From assembly GCF_006345805.1 (NCBI RefSeq), contig NC_043020.1, positions 1,736,001-1,800,000 on the forward strand: a DNA stretch of 64,000 nt, given 5' to 3'. This document shows positions 25,031 through 41,180 of the stretch, in pieces. Both the position numbers and the translations under genes were made by a program. Within the stretch, counting starts at the first letter, position 1; every line of letters begins with the position of its first letter. This DNA is from Octopus sinensis. Lineage: Eukaryota. Below the pieces are notes generated by a model. That model ran no database searches, had not been told where the DNA came from, and was given only the letters and a program-made list of their open reading frames with translations.

Positions 25031-26026
25031 CTTGTCTAAATTTATATTATTAAAATCAGTGGGGTGGTATTTGCTGGAGAGTTGACTGTTGTTTATCGCA
25101 AGTCGAGTAGTCACTTAGTGCTCCCCTGTTGACTAAGTAGTCTTGCAGTTGATAATATTGATAATATTGATAATGTTGGCTATGTTGTTGTTGATAATGT
25201 TAGTTCAGCTTATAATGCTGTTGTTGTAACGGCAGTCAATGTTTCTGTGTCTATTGATAATTTTATTGCCATTGATGATATCAAGACAGACGGTTGCAAT
25301 ATCATTCTCCGAATGTGTATAATTAGCCGTCAAAACGTAACACACATAAAACGCTTCAATTGTTTTACGAACGACAAAACATCTTTTTATTGAAAAAAAG
25401 CAAAGAAACATAACTATTTATTGTTCTAAAGACAAGAAAGGAAGAAAGCGAAAACCAAAAAGAAAAAAAGAAAAAAGGAAGAAAAATGAAATAATAAGAA
25501 ATAAGTCATAACAAAATATATATCTGCAACAGATAATAAAACGAAGAAATATTAAATAATGATAAGATAAAGACAGAGCAAAAAATCTCTAATTGCAGAT
25601 ATAAAATAACCGAAAGAGGAAGACATAAAAAAAAAGGAAAAAAAAACCAGATATACAATAAGAATAATTGAGATATTAGTAAGAACTGTGATCTTGAAGA
25701 TATTTTTTTAACGTAGAATGTTAATCACTTGTATTTCCCCTTTGAAAATAAAATATTGGTATGAGTATGGTTGTGAGGTCAAGGAACTCGCTTTGCAGCC
25801 ACATGGTTTCGAGTTCAGTTCCATTGCGCGCTACTTTGGACAGGTGTCTTCCGTTATAGTTCCGTGGAGAGGAAATCCTTGTGAGTGAATTTTGAAGAAG
25901 GAAACTGTACGGAAGCACGTCATGTTAACGATTTAGCCACTTCACAGCCTAAATAACGTTAAAAATAATAACCTGTAATACATCGGGTGAAATACCCCTT
26001 AGCTGAAAGAAAAGTGCACAGAGTAT

Positions 26027-26435
26027 AGGCGTAGGAGTGGCTGTGGTAAGTAGCTTACTTACCAACTACATGGTTCCGGGTTCAGTCCCACTGCGTGGCA
26101 CCTTGGGCAAGTGCCTTCTACTATAGCCTCGGGCCGACCAAAGCCTTGTGAGTGGATTCGGTAGACGGAAACTGAAAGAAGCCTGTCGTATATATGTATG
26201 TATATGTGTGTATGCGTTCGTGTATCTGTGTTTGTCCCCCCAACATCGCTTGACAACCGATGGTGGTGTGTTTACGTCCCTGTAACTTAGCGGTTCGGCA
26301 AAAGAGACCGATAGAATAAGTACTGGGCTTACAAAGAATAAGTCCTGGGGTCGATTTGCTCGACTAAAGGCGGTGTTTCCAGCATGGCCACAGTCAAATG
26401 ACTGAAACAAGTAAAAGAGTAAAAGAGTAAAAGAG
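26027..26435 (+). mobile_element. SINE family A, full length
   Basis: Family A structure. Confidence 0.9.
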
Positions 26436-27569
26436 AGTCACCTACATGAATTAAACCATGGGCTTGCTGTATACCGGACGGTAGCAATACTACTACACTA
26501 AGATCTGCTGTCTTTCGTCTTAATTAGTAGCTACATCTGTACAAATAAGAAAGCGAACACAATTTGTTTTGGGGTCTTTTGACGCATTAAGAAGTTTTGA
26601 AAATAAATCTATTTGAGCAGCTGTTAAAATGCAAATTAAGCTATAAATATTAACTAATTTACTTGCAAATAATTCAGAGACATTACAGCTGCATTGGTGG
26701 TAACTAAAATGGAGACAAGTTTAATTTTAAAATTCCAAAGTCCGCTTTAGCCTACAATAACAAATATAAGAGGGGAAAGCTTTTTCAATTTCAGCAACGT
26801 TGAGAAATTCAAAATTCTTTCTAAACAAGAGACGGATTTAATCAATAAGTGTCATCTTGACGAGTTTCATCTCTCCAAATATAACAGAATACTCTAACCG
26901 GATTAAATTGTCAGACGTGACTCGCCACACCACCGGATGTTAAATAAATGACAACTCGGACGTTGTCAACCGGAAGTCACCACCGAGACTATGTACCGAT
27001 GCTGCATTTCTTGAATGGTGGGGGTTTCTATTACTGGCCGTCTTTGACTGAGGATTGCTTCCTGTTATGAAACCTTTGGTGACAAAATGTAAAGTAGGCT
27101 GAACAGATATATAATACGCAAGGTGTTATGTTTTCTCTGTATGTGAATGCTATTTTAAAAGTAGATATACACGCAAATACAACATCGTTATTATAAACAT
27201 GCACGAACATACATATGTAAGCATATAAACTTGTGTGTGTATGTGGGCGTGTATATATATATATATATGTATATACATACATACATATTCATATGTGTGT
27301 GTGTGTGTGTGTGTGCCTTTGTGTGTGTATATATATATTTATACATACACACATACGTACATGCACGCGTACATACATACATACATACATACACACATTT
27401 AATTTATCGATCCAGAAATGATGAAAGGTAAAGTCGACCTCGGCGGAATTTGAACTCAGAACGTAAAGATAAACGAAATACCGCTAAGTATTTCGCCAGG
27501 GGTGCCAACGTTTCTACCAGCTCGTCTACTTGTGAATGATATTTATTACAATATAGTGTATCATATGAA

Positions 27570-27735
27570 AATGCTTTAAGAGCCAGCCAAAGTCCATCAC
27601 GAGATAGTGTGTCTAAAGCCTTTGTGAAGTCTATGAACACAGCATTCATAGGCATGTTCTGCCCAATGCATTTCCCTGCATTTGGCGAAGGCAGATCGTG
27701 TCAACGATGCTTCTACCGCAACGGAAGCCATTCAC
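27570..27735 (-). mobile_element. RTE reverse transcriptase fragment
   Basis: GFR.GRSIVDTICLRQMQGKC..QNMPMNAVFIDFTKALDTLSRDGLW. Confidence 0.8.
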
Positions 27736-27859
27736 GAGTATGACATTCATATGCATGTATGTATGTATGTATGTATGTATGTATGTATGTATGTATGTAT
27801 GTATGTATGTATTCAAGCATGTATGTATGTCCCTTCTATTTCTTGATTATTATAAGTCT

Positions 27860-28335
27860 CCCACTGAGGAGGCAACAGATTTCCAACAAAGATACAAGGC
27901 TCCAACTTTGCAATGTAGTTAACAGCGATAAATTCACATTTGAAACTTGAGAAAAGTCTTGTATATTTTTACTGTTCCAATCACAGATTGCACTTGTAAC
28001 ATACGAATTAGCCGGTTGATTTCTCTTTTTGAAAATCCCAGTTTATCCGGATTCACCGTAATGCATTTACTATCAAAACCTAGTGCTCCAATAATTAATG
28101 GTATGAATATGAATTCATAGTCTGGATAAAGAAACTGGAGGTTACGTTGATATTTCTAGCAGTTGAAGATCCTAGCATGTAACCATTTGTTTTTTGCAGT
28201 AGGAACGATAAAGGATTCAGTGCCAAAATGAAAAGAAGTACAGAAAGACTATCTCCCAGGAATATTCCCTTTGCAATGCCTATACTATCAGAAATAGTTA
28301 TTCTATTCTCAGTTGGAAGGGTGAGAATTGTTGTC
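27860..28335 (-). mobile_element. R4/Dong-like reverse transcriptase fragment
   Basis: ISDSIGIAKGIFLGDSLSVLLFILALNPLSFLL resembles the GIFQGDSLSPLLF...LNPLS motif of R4-clade RTs. Confidence 0.75.
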
Positions 28336-29146
28336 CATATATGTACGTATGTATGTATGTATGTATGTATGTATGTATGTATGTATGTATGTATGTATGT
28401 ATGTATGTATGTATGTATGCATGCATGTATGTATGCATGTATGTATGTATGCATGTATGTATGTATGTATGTATGTGTGAGTGTGTGTATGTGTGTGTAT
28501 GTGTGTGTGTGTGTGTGTATGTGTGTGTTTGTGTGATTGCGTTTTTATGTTTGTAACTCACCACCGTTTGACGGCCCGTTTCGGTTTGCTCACGTGTCCC
28601 GTTAATCTAGCCGTTCGGCAAAATAGACTGATAGAATAAATAACAAAAAAAAAAAAAACCCAACAATTACACGAGGGTCGATTTGTTCGACTAAATCCCT
28701 TCAAGACGATGCCCCAGCATGGCCATAGTAGAATGACTTAAACAAGTAAAACACAGTAAACGATAATATAAAAGATACTTTCTTACTATAGATATCAGCG
28801 CTTTCCTGATCGATGCGTGACGAGGGAGATTTGGCTGCTATCTTTAACAACCGTATACGTTTCTATGTACGAAATTATTACATAATATTTGTGTATTTAT
28901 TACATAAATAAGTCATAAATCTGTCTTCTTGATGAGATCAATGTGAACCATCCCATGCTACCGATACTAAACTTCCTTCCAACTGACACAGTCGAGATGG
29001 CCATAAAGAAATGAATCTGTCTAATTAACCGTCATTTCGTTTCATCCGAATATTTAGTGTTTAACTTTGTGTGGGAAATCAGGGCAAATTGCTATCGTCT
29101 CCTCTACTTGACGTCTTGATATAGACAATATCACAGAGTTCTTTTC

Positions 29147-29177
29147 AGATAGATAGATAGATGGTTAAATAAACAGG

Positions 29178-29260
<83 letters not shown>

Positions 29261-29412
29261 GTAGATAGATAGATAGATAGATTAGATAGATAGGCAGATA
29301 AAGAGATAGATGTTAAAATAACAGACAGACAGATATATAATATATATATATAATATATTTATATTATATATATATATATATTATATAGATAGATAGATAG
29401 ATAGATAGATAT

Positions 29413-29454
<42 letters not shown>

Positions 29455-29503
29455 TAGATAGATAGGCAGATAAAGAGATAGATGGTTAAATAAACAGACA
29501 GAC

Positions 29504-29579
<76 letters not shown>

Positions 29580-29636
29580 TAGATAGATAGGCAGATAAAG
29601 AGATAGATGGTTAAATAAACAGACAGACAGACAGAC

Positions 29637-29710
<74 letters not shown>

Positions 29711-29768
29711 GTTTCTTTATTGGCCACACAGGGCTGTACACAGATGGGACAGATAGATAGATAGATAG
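29147..29768. repeat. (GATA)n array with a repeated interrupting unit
   Basis: The block gattagatagataggcagataaagagatagatggttaaataaacagac recurs three times. Confidence 0.95.
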
Positions 29769-29950
29769 GAATGAGGGTAGGTGGGAAGGTTTGCGTGTAG
29801 GTATATAGACAGACCGGTAGATTGATAGGTGGTCAGAGTGTGTGTGAGAGAGAGAGAAAGAGAGAGACGCGAGATATATAGAACGAAAGTGTGATTATTT
29901 TTATAAGGAACAGAGAGAGAGAAAGGGAGGTTTATGTCATGAAGAGAGAG

Positions 29951-29983
<33 letters not shown>

Positions 29984-30102
29984 TTGTGAGAGATAAAAAA
30001 AAGAGAAAGAAGTAAAATGTGTTGTCTATGTGTATATTTCGTGTGTAAATATGTGAGGACGAGATATAAAAATAAAATTGAGGAAAAAGTGAGGTAGAAG
30101 AG

Positions 30103-30194
<92 letters not shown>

Positions 30195-30234
30195 AATATA
30201 ATTAATATATATGTGATATATGTATATATATATG

Positions 30235-30268
<34 letters not shown>

Positions 30269-30338
30269 TATGTATAATATATATATATATGTATACATAT
30301 GTATTATATATATGTATATAGGTATATATATATTATTA

Positions 30339-30392
<54 letters not shown>

Positions 30393-31802
30393 TATCTATA
30401 TGTATGTATATGTATATATATCTGCATGAGTGAGAAGATAGAGTAATAGATAGATAGATTGATAGGGAGAAAGGAGGGAGAAAGAGAGAGAAAGGAGAAA
30501 GTGGGGGAGAAAGATTCCACTTCTGGGAATATTAATACACAGAGGGGCAATTTGTAAATAGAAAGACTCGATCGATATCCAGTATCCACTCCACATCAAT
30601 AGATCTGTTACGTAGCCTAGAGTCGTTAAGTAAACACTGCTAGTATTTCTGTAAGATTATTCCCATCAAATGTTTATAGAAGTGTCATAACACAACTATT
30701 GAAATACAATATGGCGTTGGAGAGCCATTCTTGCAATATGTTTATCTAAGAACTAAAACTAAGACGTTCTCAGAGTTGTTGAATCGTTGCAAAATGGACA
30801 AAGTTATGGCGGTGTGGTTAAGGTTTATGGTCGTGTAATTGTAGCAAAGACTCAAAACCGAATCGTCAGATTTCGAAGTAAACTTCACGACGTAGCATAA
30901 TCTTTGTTCACGCGAGAGGCCGAGTTAAAGACCAATCAGCAGCCAGACTTATTCACGTGATAGTCCATTCTAGATTCTTCAGGAACGTCTCTGTTCAAAG
31001 GGTTATTAAAAGTACGTAATTTTTAGCGCCTATCTTCAGTGTGTGACAATCCGCAGTCCAGCTCAGTACACTTTCTAACTGCTTATAATAGTCATTTACA
31101 CGACTCACACGCAACCTGAATAAAAGTATTTCAAATTCAACAGCTGTTTCTGGGGGCACAGTGGTTCAAAATAATGATTGTAGATTGATTCCATCGTCAG
31201 ATGAAACGAGCCTCCGTCTTCAAGGAAGATCACTTCCTGTTTTTATGTATATGAATATAGATATACAATTGCAGCGTGGAAGGTGTTTATAAGCAATTTA
31301 AGAAACACACAAAAACCGTTAGATTTAATTTGCCAAAATGTTTTCGTCGCTTTGAGACCGCGGCCTCTTCACTGACAAAACTCCGTGCTGAACGACCTGC
31401 AAAAATAATTAGCTTATAGTGATCAAACATTAGCTCACTCCCTCAATCAAATCGACGTTGCCTGAACAGGTGCACGGTGTACCACACGTGAAGTGTCGAA
31501 GTGATCGAAGTGCAACGTGAGATGAAGTGTTTTGATCAAGAGCACAACGGGTCACTCGGTTTCACTCATTGGACTGCGGCCATGCTGGGACGCCGTTTTT
31601 TAGGATTTTTGTGTCTCTTATGTAAAGTAACATAGAATATACACATATATAATATTGCGATAGTCTATCAGCCTACTTATCTAGCTACCCTTCAGTCTGT
31701 CTGTGGAGCTTTTAATCAGTGCCTTTTCTCTCATCCTCCCCGTCTCATTTGATATGCATATACGATGTACAACATGTATGTACAATACATATAGATATAC
31801 AA

Positions 31803-32180
31803 GGCGGCGAGCTGGCAGAAACGTTAGCATGCCGGGCGAAATGCGTAGCCGTATTTCGTCTGCCGTTACGTTCTGATTTCAAATTCCGCCGAGGTCGACT
31901 TTGCTTTTCATCCTTTCGGGGTCGATTAAATAAGTACTAGTTACGCACTGGAGTCGATATAATCGACTTAATCCGTTTGTCTGTTCTTGTTTGTCCTCTC
32001 TGTGTTTAGCCCCTTGTGGGTAGTAAAGAAATTGGTATTTCGTCTGCCGTTACATTCTGAGTTCAAATTACGCCGAGGTCGACTTCGCCTTTCATCATTT
32101 TGGGATCAATAAATTAAGTATCAGGTGAGTACTGGGATCGATTTAATCGACAAGTACCCTCTTCAAAAATTTCGGATTTT
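31803..32180 (+). mobile_element. SINE family B dimer
   Basis: Full copy followed by a unit starting at ggtatttcgtc (about 32034). Confidence 0.85.
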
Positions 32181-32479
32181 GTGTCTAGAGTAGAAAAGTA
32201 CAGATATATATATATATATATATATATAGTCGAATGAGTCTATCCAGTAATTTTGATTTGGTTTAAACCTGGTATTCATTTTATCGGGTTCTTTTGCCGA
32301 ACCGCAAAAGTTATGGGAACATAAACACACTGACATAGGTTGCCAAGAAGTGGAGGGGGGATAAAGGCGGACACAAAGACACACACATGCACACACACAC
32401 GCGCACACACATGCACACACACACGCGCACACACATGCACACACACAAAGGTACGTATACAAAACACATATATGCTACT

Positions 32480-32579
32480 NNNNNNNNNNNNNNNNNNNNN
32501 NNNNNNNNNNNNNNNNNNNNNNNNNNNNNNNNNNNNNNNNNNNNNNNNNNNNNNNNNNNNNNNNNNNNNNNNNNNNNNN
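32480..32579. other. Assembly gap
   Basis: 100 consecutive N; contiguity across the gap is not guaranteed. Confidence 1.
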
Positions 32580-33662
32580 GGAAAATTTAGGCGTTTTCGC
32601 TCAATAAACACTCACAACGCCCGGTCTTGGAATCGAAACCGCGATCCTACGACCGCGAGTCCGCTGCCCTAACCACTGGGCCATTGCGCCTCCTTAGTCA
32701 TCAGGAAGGTCAGAAATGCAACAAAAATTTTGAATAGCTGTGTCAAATGAAAGATTATCATGGAAAAATGGCACTCGATATGAAATTAACGAAAATCGAC
32801 TAAATCTAAAAACTCAACATATAATCTTCTCTATAGCTTCTTCATGGTCTGCTGGGGTACCCCCTCTTCATGATATATTTACGTACCATACAGTTAGAGA
32901 AAAGAAATTATTAAAATTAGTCATTACGCATTTTTCCCACTTCAGATATTCTTTTGAAAATTTAATATTATCAAATTAGATATTAGTGCAGGAAAAAAAT
33001 ATTGACTTGGAATCCAACAAAGAAAAGAACTTTTATTGTTAAACATCAAAAATTATCCAGATATTTTACCAGCGACAACTTTTACGATTGCGTCAAAGAC
33101 GAGGAAAAATTTCTTGGAAAAAATATCTGTCAAATGACTATGTTTCAAAATGTCTCAACCTCAACAACTACAACAACTATGCTGATCAATTTTAATTCTC
33201 AAAGATGATGCAAGCTGTACGAAATAAATGATGATGGCACAACGCTTGCAATGTAGTCGTCTGAAGCAAGTAAAACGAAAAATGAAGTCAGAAATTACTT
33301 ATTCTGCGCCACCCATATCTAACTTATACATTATTTCGTTAGCGCGCCGGGCGAAATGTTTAGCGGTATTTCGTCTGCCGCTACGTTCTGAGTTCAAATT
33401 CCGCCGAGGTCGACTTTATCTTTCATCCTTTCGGGGTCGATAAATAAAGTACCAGTTTCGCACTGGGTGGGTGGGGGGTCGATGTAATCGACTTAATCCC
33501 TTTGTCTGTCCTTGTTTGTCCCCTCTAAGTTTAGCCCCTTGTGGGCAATAAAGAAATATATATATTATTTCTTTGATGTTTATATTAAGTAAGCGATCTA
33601 TAAATATTAATTAACTGTTAATTGTTATCACCCATGATCAAAAAAAAAAAACTGACTATAAG

Positions 33663-33827
33663 TAGGCGCAGGAGTGGCTGTGTGGTAAGTAGCTTGTTTA
33701 CCAACCACATGGTTCCGGGTTCAGTCCCACTGCGTGGAACCTTGGGCAAGTGTCTTCTACGATAGCCTCGAGCCGACCAAACCTTGTGATGGATTTGGTA
33801 GACGAAACTGAAAGAAGCCTGTCGTAA

Positions 33828-33867
<40 letters not shown>

Positions 33868-34470
33868 GGCGCAGGAGTGGCTGTGTTGTAAGTAGCTTGT
33901 TTACCACCACATGGTTCCGGGTCAGTCCCACTGCGTGGCACCTTGGGCAAGTGTCTTCTACTATAGCCTCGGGCCGACCAAAGCCTTGTGAGTGGATTTG
34001 GTAGACGGAAACTGAAAGAAGCCTGTCGTATATATGTATATATATATATATGTAGGCGCAGGAGTAGCTGTGTGGTAAGTAGCTTGTTTACCAACCACAT
34101 GGTTCCGGGTTCAGTCCCACTGCGTGGCACCTTGGGCAAGTGTCTTCTACTATAGCCTCAGGTTGACCAATGCCTTGTGAGTGGATTTGGTAGACAGAAA
34201 CTGAAAGAAGCCCGTTGTATATATGTATATATATGTATGTGCGTGTATGTTTGTGTGTCTGTGTTTGTCCCCCTAGCATTGCTTGACAACCGATGCTGGT
34301 GTGTTTATGTCCCCATCACTTAGCGGTTCGGCAAATGAGACCGATAGAATAAGTACTGGGCTTACAAAGAATAAGTCCCGGGGTCGAGTTGCTCGTTCAA
34401 AGGCGGTGCACCAGCATGGCCGCAGTCAAATGGCTGAAACAAGTAAAAAGAGAAAAAGAGAAAGAGAAAG
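33663..34470 (+). mobile_element. SINE family A with three tandem heads and one tail
   Basis: taggcgcaggagt at 33663, 33866 and 34053, separated by (AT)n. Confidence 0.9.
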
Positions 34471-35408
34471 AGATAAAAGAAAAAGAATGCTTTAAGTTTG
34501 GATTTACTATATATTACTTGTACACGTGACATAGCAAGGCGGCAAGCTGGCCAAATCGTTACGGCGCCGGGCAAAATATTTAGCGGCATTTTGTCCGTCT
34601 CTGTACTCTATCCATTCTGAGGTCGACTCTGCTTTCATTATTTTATGTGGTCGATAAAACAAGTACCAGCTGAGCACTGGAGTTGATGCAATTAACTTAT
34701 ACACCCCCCTATAAATTGTTGGCTTTGTACCAAAATGTGAAACCACTATTACACATTAAAGGGAGTAAGCCACGGTTTGTGAAGTATTGTGAATTGTTCT
34801 CTGATGTATCGCTATTAATAGCAATAAATTTGGAGAAAGGCCAGCAATTGCAGGGACGGAGTTAAGTCAATTCCATCCAATTCTGTGCTCAACTGGTACT
34901 TGTTTTGCCGAACCCCAAAAAGGATGAAATGCAAAAATCGATCTTGGCGGAATTTGAACTCAAAACGCAAAGTCGTACGTAATGCCGATGAGCATTTTGC
35001 CCGGCGTGATAACGATTTGGCCAGCAGCGCACCGTCTTAGCTTAATAACAATATAATTTTAAAATATATTTGAAGACCTGTTAAAAGAACAATAATTTTG
35101 AAAGGCATTTGGAGACGAACATAAAGATTTTGTTGGAAAAGAAAATCATATTTTGTCAAAAGAACAAGCTAATAAAAAACAATGAATGCGCAGCTTCACT
35201 TGTTTGTTACAATAATACTATATTTCCTACGTTTTATAATACAATGCATCGATATTTTTTAATATATTTCATAATAGAATAGGATATATTTTCTAATATG
35301 GTTTGTCACACAACAGAAATATATTTTCTCTTTTGTAATACAATAGATCTATATTTTCTAATATCTTTATAATGCAACAGAACTATATTTTCTATTGTAT
35401 TAATATAA

Positions 35409-35807
35409 TCTTTATATATAAAAGAGAAGTTGTGTGTCTGTCTCCTACGATTTAGATTCCTAACTACTCCCACATTTTGCGGTGCAGCTTAACCAAAACC
35501 GGGTATCTTATAGTCGTGATTCATATCGAGCCCTTCTGCGTTAATACGTGCGCGTCTACGATGAGTCTACGATTTAAAAAATAATTTACCATCATTTTTT
35601 CCATTTTAATGCATTTTTTACTCGGTTTTATATAAAGGAAGTAACTCTCTAAAAATGTCTACGATAGAGTCAACGATTTAAAAAAATTACCATAATTTTT
35701 TTTCCATTTTTAATGCATTTTTTTGCTATTTTTTGGCTATAACTCTCTAAAAATGCTTTATAGTTATTTCCCTTACAAACCCGAGCAACGCCGGGCGATA
35801 CTGCTAG
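35409..35807 (+). mobile_element. Non-autonomous Helitron
   Basis: Starts with TC after an A, ends with CTAG before a T, and has a subterminal GC hairpin cccgagcaacgccggg; no TIRs. Confidence 0.8.
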
Positions 35808-35849
35808 TATAATAATATAATAGAGCTATATTTTCTCTGTTACAAAGCA

Positions 35850-36240
35850 GAGAGAAGAAACGAACCTATACTATATCATACTCTATTTCTTGGCGTATTT
35901 CCAAATAGAATTGGTGAGAACCTTTTAAAACCAGCATCCGTAGATTTGATTCATATTTCAAGATGCTACTAAGAGATGATAATAATAAAACAAAAGTTGT
36001 AGCGGGTTCTTTCGTTAAATGATATGGCCCGCAGCTTTACCAGTGATACTTGGCGAGATTTTGAAGAGGAAGTAATTTCCATCGTAAAAGCAAACGGCGG
36101 CGGGTTTAGTGGTCAACTGTATGATCGATTTACATGAAAGTAGACGCAGATGTTCTATAAGTGATTGCCCAGTAAAACGATCAGCAAAGGAGACATTTTA
36201 GACTATTTGTTTTCTGCATTAAAAACTAGGAATGGTACTT
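35850..36240 (+). mobile_element. hAT (Buster/Charlie-type) transposase fossil, left part
   Basis: PNRIGENLLKPASVDLI and SKTISKGDILDYLFSAL resemble ZBED5/GTF2IRD2-type transposase motifs; heavily decayed. Confidence 0.55.
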
Positions 36241-36553
36241 TTGGTCTCATAGACTTATATTTATATATATATATATATTATATCAAATTAGAGATAAAAC
36301 CACTATTAGGCAAATCAAACAATGAAAAACATAAGCCAATACTAAAATTTTAATTTTATTATTTTAAATATATTCAAAAGTATTAAAGTTTAATAAAAGA
36401 AATGAGTAAAACACTACATCGCTTCATGCTGTCCAATTCGTAATATTCGAGTTATGGTTACAGTCAATCTTCAGGTAATTGAAATATTTATCTTAGCGAG
36501 GTTTAGCAATATATTATATTAAATATATATATATTTAGCAATATATATATATG

Positions 36554-37784
<1,231 letters not shown>

Positions 37785-38620
37785 ACAAATCCTTACGTGA
37801 TTATTATTCTTCAAACAATTATGAATATAAATCTTTAGTATATTACTCCGGTGTCAGATGGTTATCTTGCGGAAAATTTCTCGAGGAATATATGACAATA
37901 CGAAGTGAAGTAGGCACACATTTTTATCTTGGAATAAACGGAAGGAAGAAAAATCGTCTTTTAGCTTCAATATATATATATTTTTCATTTATTCCAAGTG
38001 AATGCTTCAATGTGCTTATCATATCTTATAGTGGTTTTTGCTTCCGAATTGAATGACCTAGGTATATCCCAACAAGGCCGCAATTGAATAACTATTGGCT
38101 GAATGGAGAAAATAAAAGCTGAAATTGTAGAAAAGGAAAGTAGAGAAAGCGGAAACTACATCTTTTCTTGCATTCATTCTTCTGAAAGAAGATTACGTTA
38201 ACTGTATTAATGACTGAAAGAATATTATCTTGAACCATCTGCAGAATTTATCACAGAATCCAAACACCACATTGGATACAGAAGACACAGAGGGATTCAA
38301 TTGGGTGAGAATTCCATTTCGTTTTAACGTTAACGCTTTATATGTGAGTTTTGTCAATATTTGCAACTTTCAAGGACAGGTTATTAATTTGAAAATGATG
38401 TGGCAATCATAATTTCTATAAACTGATAGAATTTGTGAATTTTGTTTAAGAATTGAGAAAGAAAAATCAATTGTTAAAAATGAAGAATTGAAGATGCTTC
38501 TTCCCTTTGCTATAGCATAACGGTAAGAATCAGGGTTTTTGAATTTAACAAATGCAAATAAGAAATAAGAAATAAACTGGAACTGAAGAACGAAGATGAA
38601 ATCTTGGCAGTATATTGTCT
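37785..38620 (+). mobile_element. hAT transposase fossil, right part
   Basis: EYKSLVYYSGVRWLSCGKFLE (VRWLS motif) and LKMLLPFA....ESGF (dimerisation domain); many stops. Confidence 0.8.
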
Positions 38621-39123
38621 TATGTAACATAGATAAATAGTTTTGGGATTATTACCGTTACTCATGACCACCCAATAAGAACCCTACAGTCTTAGAGCGC
38701 TTTTCATTAAAAAAACCCACATTGACCTACTCATGGGCAGGTCGTTTGTATCAACGTCATTGTATGACTGGTATTTATCTCATTGAATCCCAAAGGATGA
38801 AAAGCAAAGTTGCCCTCGGTGCAATTTGAACTCGGAACGTAAAGAGCCGGAAGAAATGTTGTTAAGCAATTCGTCCGATGCGCCAATGGTTGAGTCAGTT
38901 CGAAGATGTTTTTTTCATCTTTTAATTTTCGTCTTTTAGTTGTTTCAGTCATTAGAATATGGCCATTCTGGGGCACTATTTAATCCAACAAATCGACCCC
39001 AGTACGTATTGTTTACAGTACTTAAACTATTGGTGCTTTTAGTCGAACCGTGTTGAAGACATGTTAAGCAACAACTACGGGGACAAATACAAACATACAC
39101 AGACGCCTATATATCTATATCTA

Positions 39124-39191
<68 letters not shown>

Positions 39192-40425
39192 TATGTGTGT
39201 ATATATGTAGTATATATGCATGTATATACAGACACTGTCGTATTTGTTATACATACGCATACATACATACACACACACATACACACATACGCACGCACAC
39301 ACACATATATATACAGACACACACAAACGTATGTACACGTTCATACACACTACAGGCTTCCACAGAGTTTCCGTATGTCCCAAATAACTCAGAAGGTATA
39401 GGTCAGACCGAGCCTATAGTAAAAAAAAAACTTACCCAATGTGTCCCGCAGTGGAACCGAACCCGAAAACAGACAGTTGCAATGCGTGCTTCTTAGACCA
39501 CAGACCCATGCCTGCTTCTGTATATTTTCTTACATTAATCCTTAATTCCGATGTCTGGGTCGTTTGATTTAACTTAAAATTATCATTTTGCACCGAAATC
39601 TCTAAATAATATGATGAGAATATTATGGTTTATTCATTTTCAGTTGACTGCGTTTAAATATTCTGCAATGCTTCCTATATTTCTTTCAACATATGGTTGT
39701 CTTTTTAACTTATACAATGAATAGAGCTGCCTAGTCGTGCTTAGCAGTTTTATCACATGTGTACATCAATGTCTGCATGTATATAAATATATTACAATTC
39801 AACTCCGAGTATTTTATCTGACACAAAACTGTAAGACGCTTCTTTGCTACTTACAGTCCGTTCTAGATTTGGTTTCTTCTACTTGGTTACATGCGTTTAT
39901 TTTCGGATAATTCCCCGTGGGTGGATCACATCTCATCTCATCTCGTGTATCAGCCATGACGTCGACAGAGCTTCTCGTTTTTCTTGACTTTTTAGATCTG
40001 AACAGTTAAGCCGCGTTCACAGATTTAATCTTACCTGTTGTTGAATTCTTTTTTTTTTTTTTTGTTTTCACCAAGTGTATTTGTTTCACGCGCACACATT
40101 ACGCGGCGCACGTGCATAGACATGAGGACACAAACACACACACAAGCTAACGTGCATATATATATATCTACATATATGTATAAACGTATAATATATATGT
40201 ATATATATATATAGATATATATATATATATACACAAATACATACATACACATACACATACGCACAGATACACAGATACACACATATACATATATGCATAT
40301 GTATACGTGCATATATATATATATATATATATATTAATATGTGAATATATATACGGACGCCAGCACACATATGCAGAAAAGTACACGTACACTTTATAGA
40401 TCCTTCTTCTTATACTTTCTTTCCT

Positions 40426-40469
<44 letters not shown>

Positions 40470-40944
40470 TCATTCTTTCTTTCTTTCTTCTTTCTTCTTA
40501 AGTAGGTTGCGTTCATTCCATCATCGGAAACATTTCCAGTCTGTGTTGTTCTCTGTAATTGCTTCCTTATCTGCTGAATATTGTTTTCTCTCTTCCTCTC
40601 TCTCTCTCTCTTCCTGTCTTTCTCTTACTCTCTCTGTCTCTTTCATTTTAACCATTGCTGCTTCATTTACGAAACCTCTTCTATCTAATGACCTAGGAAC
40701 ACATTTACTTTGATACTGCTGGAACTTGTCAACATTCCTTAACTTTGGCGGCGAGCTGGCAGAATCGTTAGCGCGATTGCCAAAATGGTAAGCGACATTT
40801 CGTCCGTCTTATGTCCTGAATTCAAATGCCGTCGGGGTCGACTTTGCCTTTCACCCTTTCGGGGCCCATAAAATAAGTACCAGTTGAATATTGGGGTCGG
40901 TTTAATCGATTTACCCCTCCACCACAAAATTTGAAATTTGACGT

Positions 40945-41180
40945 GATACTAATAGTAATTGGTGCAGTTGGAAGTATCAGCACTCAACTACCAGCTTGGC
41001 TGAAAAAGATTGGTACAAGTATAAAGATAGAACACCCACAAAAGTCAGCATTGCTTGGAACTGCAAGAATTCTTCGCAGGGATCTTGAAGCATGGCCAGT
41101 AAACAAGTGGATTGCTAACACTTTCCACCATACCCAGCAAAATAAGCTGTGATTTTTCATCACGTAATAATAATGATAAT
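40945..41180 (+). mobile_element. R4/Dong-clade LINE 3' end
   Basis: VILIVIGAVGSI...QKSALLGTARILRRDLE is the end of a restriction-like endonuclease domain; (TAA)n follows. Confidence 0.8.

Noticed and set aside
30600-31115. Coding exon in unique sequence
   Set aside because: A good minus-strand acceptor is present, but all frames close quickly and no protein family is recognisable.
32600-32695. tRNA gene (also 4195-4268 and the family A/B heads)
   Set aside because: A and B boxes are present, but the sequence continues into a SINE body without a proper acceptor stem or poly-T terminator.
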